Assembly: GCF_009914755.1 (NCBI RefSeq)
Contig: NC_060933.1
Source of the DNA: the human T2T-CHM13v2.0 reference genome, Homo sapiens
Length of the DNA stretch: 64,000 bases
Reading direction: 5' to 3' (one strand)
A model generated the notes under the pieces. The model ran no database searches. It saw nothing but the letters and a program-made list of their open reading frames with translations, and was not told where the DNA came from. The translations under genes were made by a program, and so were the position numbers. Shown in pieces: positions 40,237-55,292 of this stretch (within the stretch, counting starts at the first letter, position 1; each line of letters starts with the position of its first letter).

Positions 40237-41309
40237 GGAGGTCAATGGAACATCCAAGACAGGCAGCCGTCAGGCCTGCTCCACGCTGGACAGATCCCCC
40301 CGCAAGCTCTCCCACCAGCCCCTCTGCTGGGGACCCCTAAGTCTGACTCCCTGACTCAGGTTGTTTTCCCGAGCTCCAGATTTTCAAAGCCGCATGTAAG
40401 AAGCCCAGGCAGGGCTTTTAGTGCTTTGCAAGTTATCCACTCACTTCATCTACACAGTGAGTTCTATCCCCATTTTATAGATGAGGAGACTGAGGTGTGC
40501 ACACATACATACACACACATGTTGAGAAACCGAGGTCACCAATTCATAAGTGGCAGAGCTGGGATTCAAAGCCAGGCAGTCTGATCCAGCATCTGCACAC
40601 AGGACTGCACGTTTGATCAGTTTCCCAGACCCCGGTGGGCGCCAGCCTCTCTGTGCTACAGTGAGCGGAAAAGGGCTCTGCTTGAGGGGCTTGGTACCAA
40701 GGGAAGCAGGACCGTAGAGGAGTTAGGAGAAAACCATACCTCCAGTTACAAGCTGTGTGAACTCACAGGTTTCTTTAACTATTACTTGGGACCAAAATAG
40801 TGCCTGTGTTTTAAAGAGTAGAAGATTAAATGAACCAAAGTACATAACAAATGCTTATTATTAAACATCAGCTATCATTGTTATTATCTCCTGAGGCAGC
40901 CTATTCAGCTTTCAGAGAGTTCAAACTGCTCAGAAGTGCTTCTTCTCACTAAACTAAAGCTTCCTCCCCGTGGCTTCCCCTTGTCCTCCTGGCAGCCTCC
41001 CTCCCCGCATAGCATGGGGGAGGCCATAGCCAGGCTCCAAGTCAGCTGTCTCTATGCCAACAGCCCTGGGCCTCCTGTGGATGCCAAGGTGCCCTGTCCT
41101 CTGCCCTTCTTGGGCCTGTTCACCTCTGTCTGAAGCCCCGTGTATCAAATACTGAGAGAGATTCGCCCCCTAGCCCTGAGGATCGGGGCTGTTCAGCCAC
41201 ACTGCTAGGGAAAAAGTCCATGCTGGTTCGTCCAGTTCATCAGACAGGGTGGAAGCTCTTTACTTACCGACAGCTAGGGTGTCCTTAAAACATGAATAAC
41301 CTTAAAAAA

Positions 41310-41555
41310 ATTAAACAACAATGCAGAGAGTTTGAACCCATTTATAGGAAATAAACTGTATGTGTACATCCTGACATGTTTCTTTATGCACAGCAAAGGT
41401 TCTGGAAGAACACATACCAAATCGCCAACTCTGATGACATCTACAGAATGGATTAGGAATAGACTGAGGAGACGTGGGGACAGATTGCTGTACATACTTC
41501 TGTGCCATTTGAATTTATTTTACAGTGAACATGTATTACTTTGCAATTAAAAAGG
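41310..41555 (+). mobile_element. L1ME-type 3' end
   Basis: tctggaagaacacataccaaa...catgtattactttgcaattaaaaa. Confidence 0.55.
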
Positions 41556-41560
41556 AATTA

Positions 41561-41857
<297 letters not shown>

Positions 41858-43423
41858 TTAAACCAAAGAGAAGCCAAGAGTGGATGGCTTCCCTGGAGCA
41901 GCTTAGATGTTGCTTCCCCATAAAACCTTCCCCAAACCCCACAGAGAGAAGCAACTGTCCCTTCCTTCATGCTGTCAAAAGCACTTGGCTTCTCCCACAA
42001 TATTTCTCTTTCTTTTTCATTTTTGTTTTGTTTTGCTTTGCTGCATACATGTATCCATGTTTGCCTCCCCCATCAGACTGTGAGTTGGCTGAGGGCAGGA
42101 ATTCTAAAACCCTCAGGACTTAGACTAGGCTGATGTCTGACATGAAGGAGGAGTTCAGTTTTAATGGAGAGATGAGTGAATGGGTGATGAATGGCAGAAG
42201 CTCTGCAAATTGCCCAGGTGCTATCCTTTGCACTTTTTCTCCTCCAGACAATGACAAGGCAGTGGGGATCTCTGACCACAAGAACAAGCTAATGAAATCG
42301 CTATTTTAGGAAGATGGATCACAGCAGGGTGGGCTGGATGCTGGAGGCCCAGAGACCTGCTTGAAGGCTCTTTGGAAGGGTCGGCTCCCAAGCCACTCAC
42401 AGGTATAAAAATCTATGAGACCATTAGCAGAAGGGCTGTCCAGCTTCATTTATTTTTTATCCTATAAATATAAGGTCAGAAACAACTGGAGTACTTTCCA
42501 CTGAAATTATTTTTTTAATTGATGCTACACTTTACACAAATATTAATTCATTTTATTCAACAAATATTTCTTGGGAACATTGTGCTAACCTGAAAGCAAA
42601 TCATATTTTTCTTCTACGTGCATTTTAATTACGAAGATGCTTGAGTTTCATTTCGGCTTTAAAATGATCGGACCTCTGGCACCTCTGAACCTCTGAGTAG
42701 CCTTCCAAACACTAAGATTCCAAAATTCTAGGTTTCTAGGAATCCAAGAATCTATAATTGTGAGTCTATTTACCAGTGAAAAAGCAAATACTTCAAATTT
42801 CAATAGAATTCACCCCCAAATCGTTCTGGAATGCAAATAGCCCTGCATCTCTGGGGAGAGTCCAATTTGGATATGGAGTTTTCACTCTGCAGCCACTGCT
42901 ACTGCAAAGGGCCCACAACATTGAGTCTGGAGAGAGCGGATGTCATTGCACTGGGATGAAACGCTGTGTTGCTGCACATTCTTGAGAACTTTGCACTCGC
43001 TATTCCAGGCCCTTCCCAGCGGGTGGTTTGCACACTGAGCTGATACTGGGGAAAGCCATCCCAGGCAGGTAGAATAGCTTGAGCAGAGGCCTGAAGTCAG
43101 GGACAGGTAAGGCTGGCTGGAGAGCCTGTGGGCTGCCCTTCCTGGCTTGAGAGAGGGGTTTCTGTTGGGCAGGAATGAAGGTAAGAGGACACAGGAAGGA
43201 TGGGGTGACTGGGTTAGAACAGGGTTGAAAACCCAATGCCCACAGGGGCCAGCAGGTAAGGTAAGTGGATGAAGCTGCCAGGTGGGGTGTGGGGTAAACA
43301 GGAGCCTGCTGCTTTAGCTACAGGGGGCAACCACTTCTCAACTCTCCCCAAGTGTGGCCACTTGGGAATGTAGACCCAAGGTGGCCGAGTCTTACTTTTT
43401 TTCCAAGAGAAGCTAGACATTTT

Positions 43424-43686
<263 letters not shown>

Positions 43687-43714
43687 TTAATGTTAAATCT
43701 CCTGATTTTTAAGG

Positions 43715-44090
43715 CACTTTTAAATTTAACTTTTTGATAGCCGATATGTTGATAAGGTTCAAAAAATCAAAATGTAAACACCGCTCAGTAAAAAGTGTTC
43801 TCCCCACACCCTCTGCCTAAACATGGTTAAGTCCTGAGTACCCTTCCAGAGTTTCTTTAATTCTCACAAACATAAATATGCATTCCCATTGTCCCTTTTT
43901 TACGCAAAGGCAGCATGCTGTATACACTATTCTTTACCTTGCTTTTTTCATAAATAATATATCTCAAAGATACATTATTTACATCCCCTATGAGGATATA
44001 AAGAGCTTCCTCGTTCTTTCCCACTCCATTGTGTGGATGAGCTATTCTGTATATAACAAGGTCTCCACGGATGGACATTGGGGTGTATCT
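43715..44090 (-). mobile_element. L1ME-type 3' fragment
   Basis: ccattgtgtggatg...atggacattgggg is the antisense L1M 3' motif. Confidence 0.55.
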
Positions 44091-44942
44091 CCTCTGGTTG
44101 TTAAAATGTTAGGACTAATTTTTTTTTAAGTTTAAAAAACTCTATGCAAATCAAAGCACCTTTGGGCTGGACCTCGGGGGCACACGCCAGGCTAAGGGAT
44201 GTGTTAGGCAGTGCCTGGTCTATGAGTTCAAAGCATAGATGCCCGCCTGGACTTTGTAGATACCTCAGCTTCTGGCCTGACAGTGGGAAAGGAAATCACT
44301 TCAACTGAGAACAGCTTTGGGTAAATACCGCTGGAAGAGACTTCGCCTTTGAGGTAGTGAAATCCCCAATACCAGAGGTGACCAAGCCCTGATGTGGAAC
44401 TGACCCCGCGCTGTGTGAAGAGTCAGGCCGCCGGACCTCTATGCTTTCCTCTAACTCCAAGAGCCCTCGAAGCCTGATTTATGGGCTGAGCCTGGCTGGC
44501 AGCAGAGAAACAACTGAGAAACCTGCCTCATCCTTTAGGATATGCATGTCATTCATTCATTCGTTCATTCATTTGTACATTTAAAAGGCTGAAGCTGTAA
44601 TTTCTGCCAGAATGCCTTTCCCCGAGCTCCCCACAAAGCTTCTCAACATTTAGATCTCAGATCAAACACCACCATTTTACAGAGATCCCCCCAGCTGGGC
44701 ACCACTCCCTGAGTCTCTCTCTTCTCTCCCACTTATTTTCTTCAGAGCACATGCCCTGGTAAAATTACATTGCAAATTTATTCTGTGTTTACTGTAAATT
44801 GCCTGGTTCTGCCCCACAAGTAAGCCCAGTGAGGGCAGGGACTGTCCACCAGGGGCACCATGGTACTCCCGGCCTGGCACAGAGCGAGAGCCCAATAAGC
44901 TGTAACTACTGATATTATCTCCTTTCCAATGCACAAAACAAC

Positions 44943-45074
44943 TTTTTTTTTTTTGAGATCAGGGGGGGTCTCCCTATGTTGCCCAGGCTAGTCTCGAACT
45001 CCTGGGCTCAAGTGGTCCTCCCGCCTTGACCTCCGGAAGTGCTGGAATTACAGGCATGAGCCACACGCCCGGCC
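44943..45074 (-). mobile_element. Free left Alu monomer (FLAM_C-like); TSD cacaRaacaac
   Basis: A single arm with TSD copies at 44932-44942 and 45075-45085. Confidence 0.9.
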
Positions 45075-47624
45075 CACAGAACAACTCTGATAGCCAGCCC
45101 AGCATCTTCCATGGAATTCCGAGGACGGCCCCGTGGCCGACACTCAGTTGCAGGGTATCATCCTGCACTGTAGCTCTTGTTGTAATTTTTCACAGCGCCT
45201 TTTGGCAGCCTGGATACATAAGGTGTTCTTGTATTTTTGCTTTCATTATTCATTATGATTTCACCCTGAGAGAAGAGGTATTTCACTGCATCTCATGAGC
45301 CTCAAAAAGGCTCATAAAAATGGGTCAAAGGAGGCATGCCCCATGGAAATATGAACAAATCGCTGTTCAGAGCTGCCTGGCACCCCGCCAGAGGGGATTG
45401 TGACAGAGGAGGCAGAACATATTTCCTGAGGAGGAAAACCCCAAAGCCACTCAGCCCAGCAGAGGGTCTCCACCACGCAGCCGAAACCAGCCTGGGCTCC
45501 CCAGCCCTTGAGACGCCCCAGGTCTGGAGTCCGTGGGTTCACAGGCTGAAAGCAACCCCATGCAGTGTTTACTGTTTCCCCAAAATCCCCAAACACACAG
45601 TGGATGTCCCTGCTTCCAATGATAGACACTGGGACTCTAAACAAGTGGAAAAAATTCAGAGCTCTCCACCCCTGCCCTTCAGCCAGACATCCTGACGGGG
45701 TCTCCAAGACTCCACCACCTTCTGAGGATTTCTGCGGGATCAGGACCCTTCGGAGAGCATCCCCACGTAGAGAGCTGTCGCTGGGCAAATGTCTCTTTGT
45801 CTTATGCCCCCAGGGCAGAGATAAGGGACTCTGGACAAGAGCCCAGACACATAGTAATAACTACCATTTATGGGGTGTTTACCACCTGCCAAGCACTGTG
45901 CTAAGCACTCTGCAAGGTCCGCTCATATAATCCTTGCCAGAAGCTGTGAGAAAACTCTAGTGCTGGCCCATTTTACAGATGGGAAACTTGGGCCCAGAAA
46001 TTAGTAACTTGCCTGAGATCACCCAGCTAGAATACGGTGAAGTGGGCTTCCAGCTCTGGTAATCTGGCTTCCCTGCTGACATTCTCAACTGCACACTGAA
46101 AGAGACGCCTTCAGGAAATTTGAACTGGGATTTTTTTAGTCCATTTCATCATATAATGGCAGTAGGCTGTGGAAGCCAGGGCCCTGGGGGAGCTAGAACT
46201 GGGGCTCCAGCTCTCACTCACTAAATGTGGCCTTGAGCAGGTCACTTCCCTCTCTTGTCCTCAGCCTCCCCAGCTGTGAAGTGAGTAGTGGGACCACAGG
46301 ATCCTCCCACCCTACCCAGGTATGGTCAGAACGTCTGCTCTGAGGAAGGCTGGGACTCGCCAAAGCTGGATCCCAAACTCCTCCAAGCCTCCTTCTCCAC
46401 AACTGCCCACATACACTCAGACACCCCTTCGGTGGCTCTTAATCCCCCTCCTCCCACTGGCTCATTTTATCCTTGAAACAGCCAAGGGAGGCAGGGGCAG
46501 AATTACCACCCCTATTTCATAGATAGGGAAATGAGCTTGGAGAGAAGAGGATGACCAATGTGTCCAAAGACAGGACCAGTTAGGTGCAAAGTCCAGACAG
46601 AAACCTGTTCCTCTGACTCCTGTTCCAGTGCTCTTTCCCTCAGCCCTTGGCTGTTGCTCAGATTAAAAGCCAGAAGAGGGTGGACTTTCTTGGGCTGCCA
46701 AGTTTTGGGTATTGAGACTCCAAACATTGAACCTGAGGGATACTGCAAATCAGAGCAGGTGGACTCAGGGACTTGGCAGCCATTCTGTCTGTCTTTGTGG
46801 GTATTTCCGCTACTAAAAAGGGGCAGTGCCCAGGGGGAGCCTCAGTCCCCAGGGCCCAGGTCTCCTACCAGGCTAGTGTTTCCCAAACTTGCTGGCCCAC
46901 AGGAGGCCTCTCTCTGTCTCCTCCTCACATGCCAACTTACTGATGCAAAGAGATGCTCCTCAGGGAAAAAGGCCAGCAAGATACAGTCTGGCCCCATTCC
47001 TTTGTTCTCTCAGGCAAAAGGTCAGGTGGACCCAGCTAAGTCCTTCACCAGTAGAGAGGTGAGCAGAAGTGGGGAGCCTGGTGCCCCACCCGCTGTCCTC
47101 TCTGGCAGGTAGGCACAGTGGCTCCCCCATCAGCAGGCCTGTGGCCCAATGAGACACCTGCAGATAATTAGTCCCAATCAGGACAGGCCCAAACTGCTGA
47201 CAGTGCAGTAACAGGCTGGCCATGTCACCAGTTTGCAAATGGTGAGCAGTTTCAGAACTGTGGCCCTAGCTGGTAGAGCAGGTGTTTAACTTAATATTTA
47301 ATGCGGCATATATATCCCTCTCTAATGAGATCTTCCCTGAGCAGCCCAGAGTGTGAGGGCTGAGATAGAGCAGCGCAGAAGCCATCTGTCCCCCAGACCC
47401 CAGGTAGAGCCCTGGGCCGGGCTCACCATCCAGCTGGGCACCTACAGCACTCCGGGCTTTGTGGGGAGGGAAAAGGAGAGAGGTGGGGCCGGAAGGTTCT
47501 GAGTGTCCCTTGAAGAGCTCTGCACTATGTCAGCACATCCGCTAACACAGGTGGAGTTAGATGAATGCCGTGTGGTGAAACAGAGCCCCCCACCCCCCAA
47601 CAGCTCCTGGGGGCATTCCTTCAA

Positions 47625-48348
47625 GGTGTTTAACAGTTCTCAATGGGGTGGGTAACTGCACCTCCAGAGGGCGTTTTGAAAATCCATGGGGGCTTCTCCC
47701 TGCCTGAGGGGTGTTACTGCCCTGCAGTGCAAGAATCCCACACAGTGAAGACTTTTTCTCCATTCTTCACAACTCTCCTGTCCTGCCAAACATTCAGGTA
47801 CGTGAGAAATCCGTTTACAAGTATTTGAATCTAGAACTGAACTTCATTTACATATAAATGTGAACTTGCAATTTCCATGGTTTTAATATACACTGAATTT
47901 TCTAGGAATGCAACTACCGTGTAAATGGAGCAAAGCTTGTACTTTGTTTTACTTGGAACTTTGCCAAGGGTTCCTCACCTATTTGTAAAATCACGCTGGC
48001 AGGATGAGTTAGTGTTAGTCCCTAGTCCATACCTGTGTGTAAGGCTATGTCTGGGGCTGTTGCATTCACTGTGATTCTGTGCACGGGGAAAGCCCTGGAC
48101 ACCTTCATTATGTCTTGCAGTTTAAACATACAGAGCATATACATATCATAGTACATATTATTTAATTATACATAACTTTGCTTTCATCTCATTTACCTCA
48201 TAGGGCATTGTTTTGATTTTATTTGAAATTAGTTGTGAAGACAGACCTACATTCTTAATGAATGTAATTTCAGGAGAGTAAAGGGGCACTGTGAATATAT
48301 GCTATCCCAAGGGGATGCTGGGTGGAACTGGGTGGAGAACTCGACTGC
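47625..48348. mobile_element. hAT-Charlie-type DNA transposon relic
   Basis: Ends resemble hAT TIRs (cagttctcaa ... ggagaactcgactg); AT-rich interior includes aatatacactgaattttctaggaatgcaactac. Confidence 0.5.
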
Positions 48349-49400
48349 AATGCATCCCTGCTACAGCACCATAATGCCCCAAAAAGCAGAGGAAAGGGCT
48401 CAAAGCTCTCCCACCGGATCTTCACATACAAGCATCTGATGTGTGTGTGTGCACACGCACATGCATCTGTGTGTCTATCCTTTATATTTTTTCATAGAAA
48501 TGAAAAACTTTCATTGTTCATATCAATGAAATACTTAAATACTTCATATTTACTTCAAAGTATATCTTAGACACTTATTTACATCGGTACAGATAGTTCT
48601 ATTTAATTCTTTTTAGTGGCTGCATAGTATTTTATTGTGTGCAAGAGACATAATTTATTTAACCAGCTCCTATTGATGGATGTTGCGTTGTCTGTTTTTA
48701 TTTACCATTATAAATAATTCTGCAAGGATCATACATATATAGATATCATTGTGCATCTATGTGAATATACCTATGACATAAATTCCTAAAAGTACGTATA
48801 AAAGTTCTGAGTCAAGCAAGTAAACATGTGCGTTTAAAATTTTGATAGATCCCATTCCAGTACGTGTAGCTCTAAAAAAAGAAAAGTGATCAATATTGCC
48901 AAGTTTCCCTTCCAAAGAGATTGCATCAATGTATGCTCTTATAACAGTGTGTGAAAAGATAAGTTTCTCATACTATCTCCAACACTGAACTTTAATCTTT
49001 GTTAAGATGTTTTTAAGTGTCTCATGATTGTTTTAATTTACAGTTTTAAAGTTATAAGTCAGGTGAACACGTTTTCATATACTGCTGGGCATCCGCATTT
49101 TTTCCCAATGAAAAGATGTTCAGGTTGAATGAAACGTTAAGAAAAAAAAGTCAGTAGAAAAAAATGGGCAAAGGATTTTTACTTATTCATTTTTAAAAGC
49201 TCTTTATATATTGAGGAAATTAGCTTTCTGTCATCTGTCTTCTACACTTTTTTTTTCATTTTGTTCTTTGTCTTTTGGATGTTCTTCCATATACATACAA
49301 AAGATTTAAATGTTTAATACTTAAATTTATTTCTTTTGTCTTTTGTATTCAGAATATAGTTTAAGACTTTTCCCACTCTAAAATTATAAAAAAATTTCCA

Positions 49401-49681
49401 GGCCAGGCACAGTTGCTCACTTCTGTAATCCCAGCACTTTGGGAGGCCAAGGTGAGAGAATCACTTGAGCCCAAGAGTTCAAAACCAGCCTGGGCAACAT
49501 AGGGAGACCCTGTCTCTACAAAAATAAAAAAATTACCAGGATGTAGTGGTGCATGCCTGTGGTCCCAGCTGCTTGGGAGGCTAAGGTGGGAGGATCACTA
49601 GGAGGTTGAGGCTGCAGTGAGCCATGATCACACCACTGCACTCCAGCCTGGACAACAAAGTGAGATTGAAAAAAAAAAAAA
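49401..49681 (+). mobile_element. AluJ
   Basis: Dimeric Alu with poly-A tail. Confidence 0.95.
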
Positions 49682-50304
49682 TCCCTTGAGGTTTTTTTTG
49701 TTTGTTTTATTATGACTTCATTTTTGATATTTAAAGGTTTTGTTCAACCTGAATCTTATTTTAATATAAAGAGTGAGGAAGGTATTCAACAGGCCCAATT
49801 GTCTCAACGTCATTAACTAAATGATTTACCTTTTTTTCTACTGATTTCAAATGCTGCATTTGTGAATGCCCAAGTATATTTGGACCTATTTCTGAATTTT
49901 CTATGCTGTTCGTCTGTTTACTTCAGTTTCAGTAACAAACAGTTTTAGTTATTGTAGCTTTATCAGATATTTTAAAATATGCTAAGACTTTTACTCATTT
50001 CTCTATGTTAAAATTTTTCTAGCTATCACTGAGTATTAATTTGTCTATTATTTAGCATCATTTTGATAAAGTCAAAAGAAATCTGTTGGTATTTTGATAG
50101 AAATTATTTTGAATTAATAGGTTACTTCGGAGGAGTTGGCATTTTATGATATTTAGTTTTTTATCCAAGAATAAACTACATCTCTTCATTTATTCTATTA
50201 TGACCCTTAAGGGAGTTTTAAACTTAAGTTTATTCCCAGGTGAGATATATATATATATATTTATAGTTATAGTTAGTGGGGTCTTCTCTTTTATTATGTT
50301 TTCT

Positions 50305-50592
50305 CTTTTTTTGAGACAGAGTCTCATTACATCATCCAGGCTGGAATGCAGTGGCGTGATCTCGGCTCATTGCCATCTCCATTTCCTAGGTTCAAGTGGT
50401 TCTTGTGCCTCAGCCTCCCTAGTACCTGGGACTACAGGTGTGCACAACCATGCCTGGCTAATTTTTGTATTTTTGGTAGAGACAGGGTTTCACCATGTTG
50501 ACCAGGCTGATCTCAAACTCCTGACCTCAAATGATCCGCCTGCCTTGGTCTCCCAAAATGCTGGGATTACAGGCGCGAGCCACTGCACCCAG
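50305..50592 (-). mobile_element. AluS; 19-bp TSD ctcttttattatgttttct
   Basis: TSD copies at 50286-50304 and 50593-50611. Confidence 0.96.
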
Positions 50593-50899
50593 CTCTTTTA
50601 TTATGTTTTCTAGCTAACTATTGTTTACTTATAAGAATATATATTATATTGATAATTAGAATACTTCTAATATTTTTAAATTAAGCATAATTTTGACTTA
50701 GGCCTGGGATGTTTATATTTTTTTCTGCTCTATAATGAGACTTTAAAATGGATAAATCAAAGTATAAACAGGTCTTTGGTCAAGGGTTTACTTTAAAACT
50801 CAATGCATGCCCAGACTTCCTGCTTGGGCCTAACAAAGAAGCCTTCTCCTGCAGACCCCAGGACAGCTAAGCCACTGAGCTGGTTCTTAGCACCAATCT

Positions 50900-51208
50900 T
50901 CTAGATCAGTTCAACTCAAATTTCTTGCCAGGCTTGTAAGATAAATAAGGAAGCAACTGAGTGGGGACCATGGGGACCTGTCTTAAGGGGCAGCAGCTAC
51001 TGCTACTGAACCCCAACCACCACGACTATGTGGGAATATGACCCAGTGTGGCCAAATTTTCCAGTTTTTGTAAGGGAATCCCCAAATCCAGACTTTTGTT
51101 TTCTAAATATTGACTCAAATTTGTAAAAAGCTCTATGTAGCCCCAACTAAACATGTCTGTGGGCTAGATTAGCCCTTTGGCCAGCTGGCCACCAGTTGAC
51201 CATTTCTG
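50900..51208. mobile_element. MER102-like hAT-Charlie element
   Basis: cccagtgtggccaaat...aaatccagactttt...aaacatgtctgtgggctagatt...ccaccagttgaccatttctg. Confidence 0.5.
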
Positions 51209-51990
51209 TAGACAAGATTCTCAGAAAGGCAACCACAGCCTCAACTTTTACAGGATTATTTTCTACCTAAAGAGGCATGTGCATAAATGGCAGGATGCCC
51301 AGCACACCTCATTTTACTGTGTTTCACTTTATTGTACTTCACAAATATTGCATTTTTTAACAAATGGAAGGTTTCTGGCAACCCTGTGTCAAGCAAATCT
51401 ATCAGTGCCATTTGTCCAACAGCATGCGCTCCCTTCCTGTCTCTGGGTCACATTTTGGTAATTTTTGCGACATTTCACAGTTTCTCATTATTATTATATC
51501 TGTTATGGTGATCTGTGATCAGTGATCTTTGATATTCCTATTCTAATTGTTTCGGGGAGCCACAAACTGTGCCCATATAAGATGGAAAACTTCCAATAAA
51601 TGCTGTGTGTGTTCTGACTGCTCATCACTGATTGGCTGTTCCCTCATCTCTCTTCTTCTCCTAGGGCCTCCCTATTCCCTGAGAGACATCAATACTGAAA
51701 TTAGGCCAATCAATAACCCTACAATGGCCTCTATGTGTTCAAGTGAAAGGAAGAGTCATGTATCTCTCACTTTAAATCAAAAGCTAGAAATGATTAAGCT
51801 TAGTGAGGAAGGCATGTCAAAAACTGAGACAGGCCAAAAGCAAAGCCTCTTGCACCAAACAGCCAAATTGTGAATGCAAAGGAAAAGTTGTTGAAGGAAA
51901 TTAAAAGTGCCATTCCAGTGAACACATGAATGATAAGCCTTATTGCTGATATGGAGAAAGTTTGAGGGGTCTGGATAGAAGCTCAAACCA

Positions 51991-52286
51991 GGATGGGCAT
52001 GGTGGCTTACACCTGTAATCCCAGCACTTTGGGAGGCAGAGGTGGGAGGATTGCTTGAGCCTAGGAGTTTGAGAACAGACTGGGAAACATAGAAAAACCC
52101 TGTCTCTACAAAAAATTTAAAAATTAGCCAGGCATGGTGGTGCACGCCTGTAGTCCCTGCTACTCAGTAGGCTGAGGTGGGAGAATTGCTTGGGTCCAGG
52201 AGGTCAAGACCAGTGAGCCATGATTGCACCACTGCACTCCAGCCTGGGTGACACAGTGAGACCCTGCCTCAAAAAAAAGAAGAAGA
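51991..52286 (+). mobile_element. AluJ nested in Tigger1
   Basis: Alu consensus; degenerate TSD ending tcaaacca. Confidence 0.95.
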
Positions 52287-53171
52287 AGATGATCAAACCA
52301 GCCACAACATTCCCTTTAACAAAAGCCTAATCCAGAGAAAGGCACTAACTCTCTTTAATTTTAGGAAGGCTAAGAGAAGTAAGGAAGCTGCAGAAGAAAA
52401 GTTAGAAGCTAGCAGAGATTGGTTCATGAGGTTTATGGAAAGAAGCCATCTCCATAACACAAAGGTGCAAGGTGAAGCAGCAAGTGCTGATGTAGAAGCT
52501 AAGATCAAGCTAAGATCATTGATGGAGGTGACTACACTAAACAACAGATTTTCAATATAGACCACTCTTATACTGAAAAAAGATGCCATCTAGGACTTTC
52601 ATAGATAGAGAGGAGAAGCCAATGCCTGGCTTCAAAAGCTTCAAAGAACAGTCTGACTCTCTTGTTAGGGGCTAATATAGCTGGTGACTTTAAGTTAAAG
52701 CCAATGCTCCTATATCATTCCAAAAATTCTTGAGTCCTTGAGAATTATACTAAATCTACTCTTCCTGTGATCTACAAGTGGAAAAACAAAGCCTGGATAA
52801 CAGCACATCTGTTTACAGCATGGTTTACTGAATATTTTAAGCATACCATTGAGACCTACTGCTCAGAAAAAAAAAAAGATTCTTTTCAAAATATTACTGC
52901 TTATTGACAATGCACCTGGTCACCCAAGAGCTCTGATGGAGATGTACAAGGAGATGAATGTTGTTTTCATGCCTGCTAACACAACACCCATTCCGTGGCC
53001 TGTGGATCAAGGAAGAATTTCAACTTTCACGTTGTCTTATTTAAGAAATACATTTTGTAAGGCTATATCTGCCAGAAAGTGTGATTCTTCTGATGGATCT
53101 GGGCAAAGTACATTAAAAACGTTCTGGAAAGAATTCACTATTAAAGATACCATTAAGAACATTCACAATTT

Positions 53172-53476
53172 GGCTGGGCACGGTGGCTCACGCCTGTAAT
53201 CCCAGCACTTTGGGAGGCTGAGGCAGGTGGATCATGAGGTCAGGAGTTAAGACCATCCTGGTCAAGATGGTGAAACTCCGTCTCTACTAAAAATACAAAA
53301 ATTAGCCAAGTGTGGTGGTGGGCGCCTGTAATCCCAGCTACTCGGGAGGCTGAGGCAGAGAATTGCTTGAACCCGGGAGGCAGAGGTTGCAGTGAGCCCA
53401 GATGATGCCACTGCACTCCAGCCTGGGCAACAGAGTGAGACTCTGTCTCAAAAAAAAAAAAAAAAAAAAAAAAAAA
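53172..53476 (+). mobile_element. AluS (Sg/Sc-like) nested in Tigger1
   Basis: ggatcatgaggtcaggag form; long poly-A tail. Confidence 0.95.
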
Positions 53477-54184
53477 GAATATACGTGATTCATGGGAAAA
53501 GGTAAAAATATCCACATTTACAGGAGTTGGGAAGAAGTTGATTTCAGCCCTCATGGATGACTTTGAGGGCTGAAAATGACTCACTTCAGTGGAGGAAGTA
53601 ATTGCAGATATGGTGGAAATAGCGAGAGAACAAGAATTAGAAGTGGAGCCTGAAGATGTACTGAATTGCTGCCATCTCATGATGAAACTTTAGTGAATAA
53701 GGAGTTGCTTCTTATGGATAAGCAAAGAAAGTGGTTTCTTAAGATGAAATCTACTCCTGGTGAAGATACTGTGAACATTGTTGAAATGCCAACAAAGGAT
53801 TTAGAATATTCCATAAACTTAGTTGGTAGGGTAGTGGCAAGGTTTGAGAGAGCTGACTCCAATTTTGAAAGAAATTCTATGGTGGATAAAATGCTATCAA
53901 ACAGCATCATATGCTACAGAGAAATCTTTCATGAAAAGAAGAGTCAATTGATGCAGCAAACTTCATCATTGTCTATTTTAAGAAATTGCCACAGCCACCC
54001 CAGTCTTCAGCAACCACCGTCCTGATCAGTCATCAGCCATCAACATCGAGGCAAGACCCTCCACCAGCAAAAAGATGACTCACTGAAGGCTCAGATGATT
54101 ATGAGCATTTTTTAGCAACAAGTATTTTTAAATTAAGGTATGTGTCTTTTAAAAAACATAATGCACACTTACTAGACTACAGTA

Positions 54185-54395
54185 CTGGTTGAGTATCCCT
54201 TATCCAAAATGCGTGGGACCAGAAGTGTTTCAGATTTTGGATTGCTTTGGATTTTGGAATATTGGCTTTATATTTACCAGTTCAACTCCTAATCTGAAAA
54301 TCCAAAATTTGAAATGCCTCAATGAGCATTTCCTGTGAGCATCATGTCATACTCAAAAAGTTTCAGATATTGGAGCATTTCAGATGCTCAACCTG
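54185..54395 (+). mobile_element. Tigger4a/MER46A-like MITE nested in Tigger1, TA TSD
   Basis: TA|ctggttgagtatc ... gatgctcaacctg|TA terminal inverted repeats. Confidence 0.88.
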
Positions 54396-54411
54396 TATAG
54401 TATAGACATAG

Positions 54412-54719
<308 letters not shown>

Positions 54720-55089
54720 AGACATAGCTTTTATACGCACTGGGAAACCAAAAAATGTGTGTGACTCACTTTACTGAGATATTTGCTTTATTGCAGTATC
54801 CTGGAACCAAACCCACAATGTCTCCAAGATAAGCCTATAACATCTTCTTGTGATCTGCCTACCCAATCTTCTCATAAACTCTGATCCCAGTAACAAACCC
54901 TCCTTTCTGCAGAACACTCTCCTCTGGGATCTCATTTGATCCTTACCTGGAGCCTGAGAGACCAGAACCCTTTTACAGATGGAGAAACGGAGGCTCAGAG
55001 ATGTGTCCAGAGTCAGACGGCAAGGCAGTGACCTTGCTGGATGAGCTCCAGCTGATCTGTGTGGCAGCATGGCCAGCAGCACGGGCCCT

Positions 55090-55292
55090 GGCATTCAACT
55101 GCAACTCCACTGCTCACCAGCTGTGATCTTGACAAGCCACTCAACTGCCCCAAGCCTCAGTTTCTCTATTTGTGAAATGGACATGATCATAACGGTCCCA
55201 CCTCCCAGGATTCCTCTGAAGATAAAGTGAGTTCACTTAGCACAGTGCCTGGTTCTCAGTAAGTGCTCAGTGAAGTGCCAGTTTCTATTATT
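55090..55292 (+). mobile_element. MIR SINE
   Basis: agcctcagtttctctatttgtgaaatgg...cttagcacagtgcctgg. Confidence 0.75.

Larger units (their letters stand above)
48440..50700 (-). mobile_element. Old L1M (3' UTR/ORF2), antisense, interrupted by two Alus
   Basis: T-rich; ggctgcatagtattttattgtgtg, aatattgccaagtttcccttccaa, gttattgtagctttat. Confidence 0.75.
51724..54070 (+). pseudogene. Disrupted Tigger1 transposase (TIGD1-like; CENP-B HTH and DDE_1 domains)
   Basis: MASMCSSERKSHVSLTLNQKLEMIKLSEEGMSK and [33 protein letters not shown] occur in different frames, with stops, frameshifts and Alu insertions. Confidence 0.9.

Noticed and set aside
51547-54025. Transposase-like ORFs suggesting a domesticated TIGD gene
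   Set aside because: Fragmented by stops, frameshifts and two Alu insertions; an ordinary dead Tigger1 copy.
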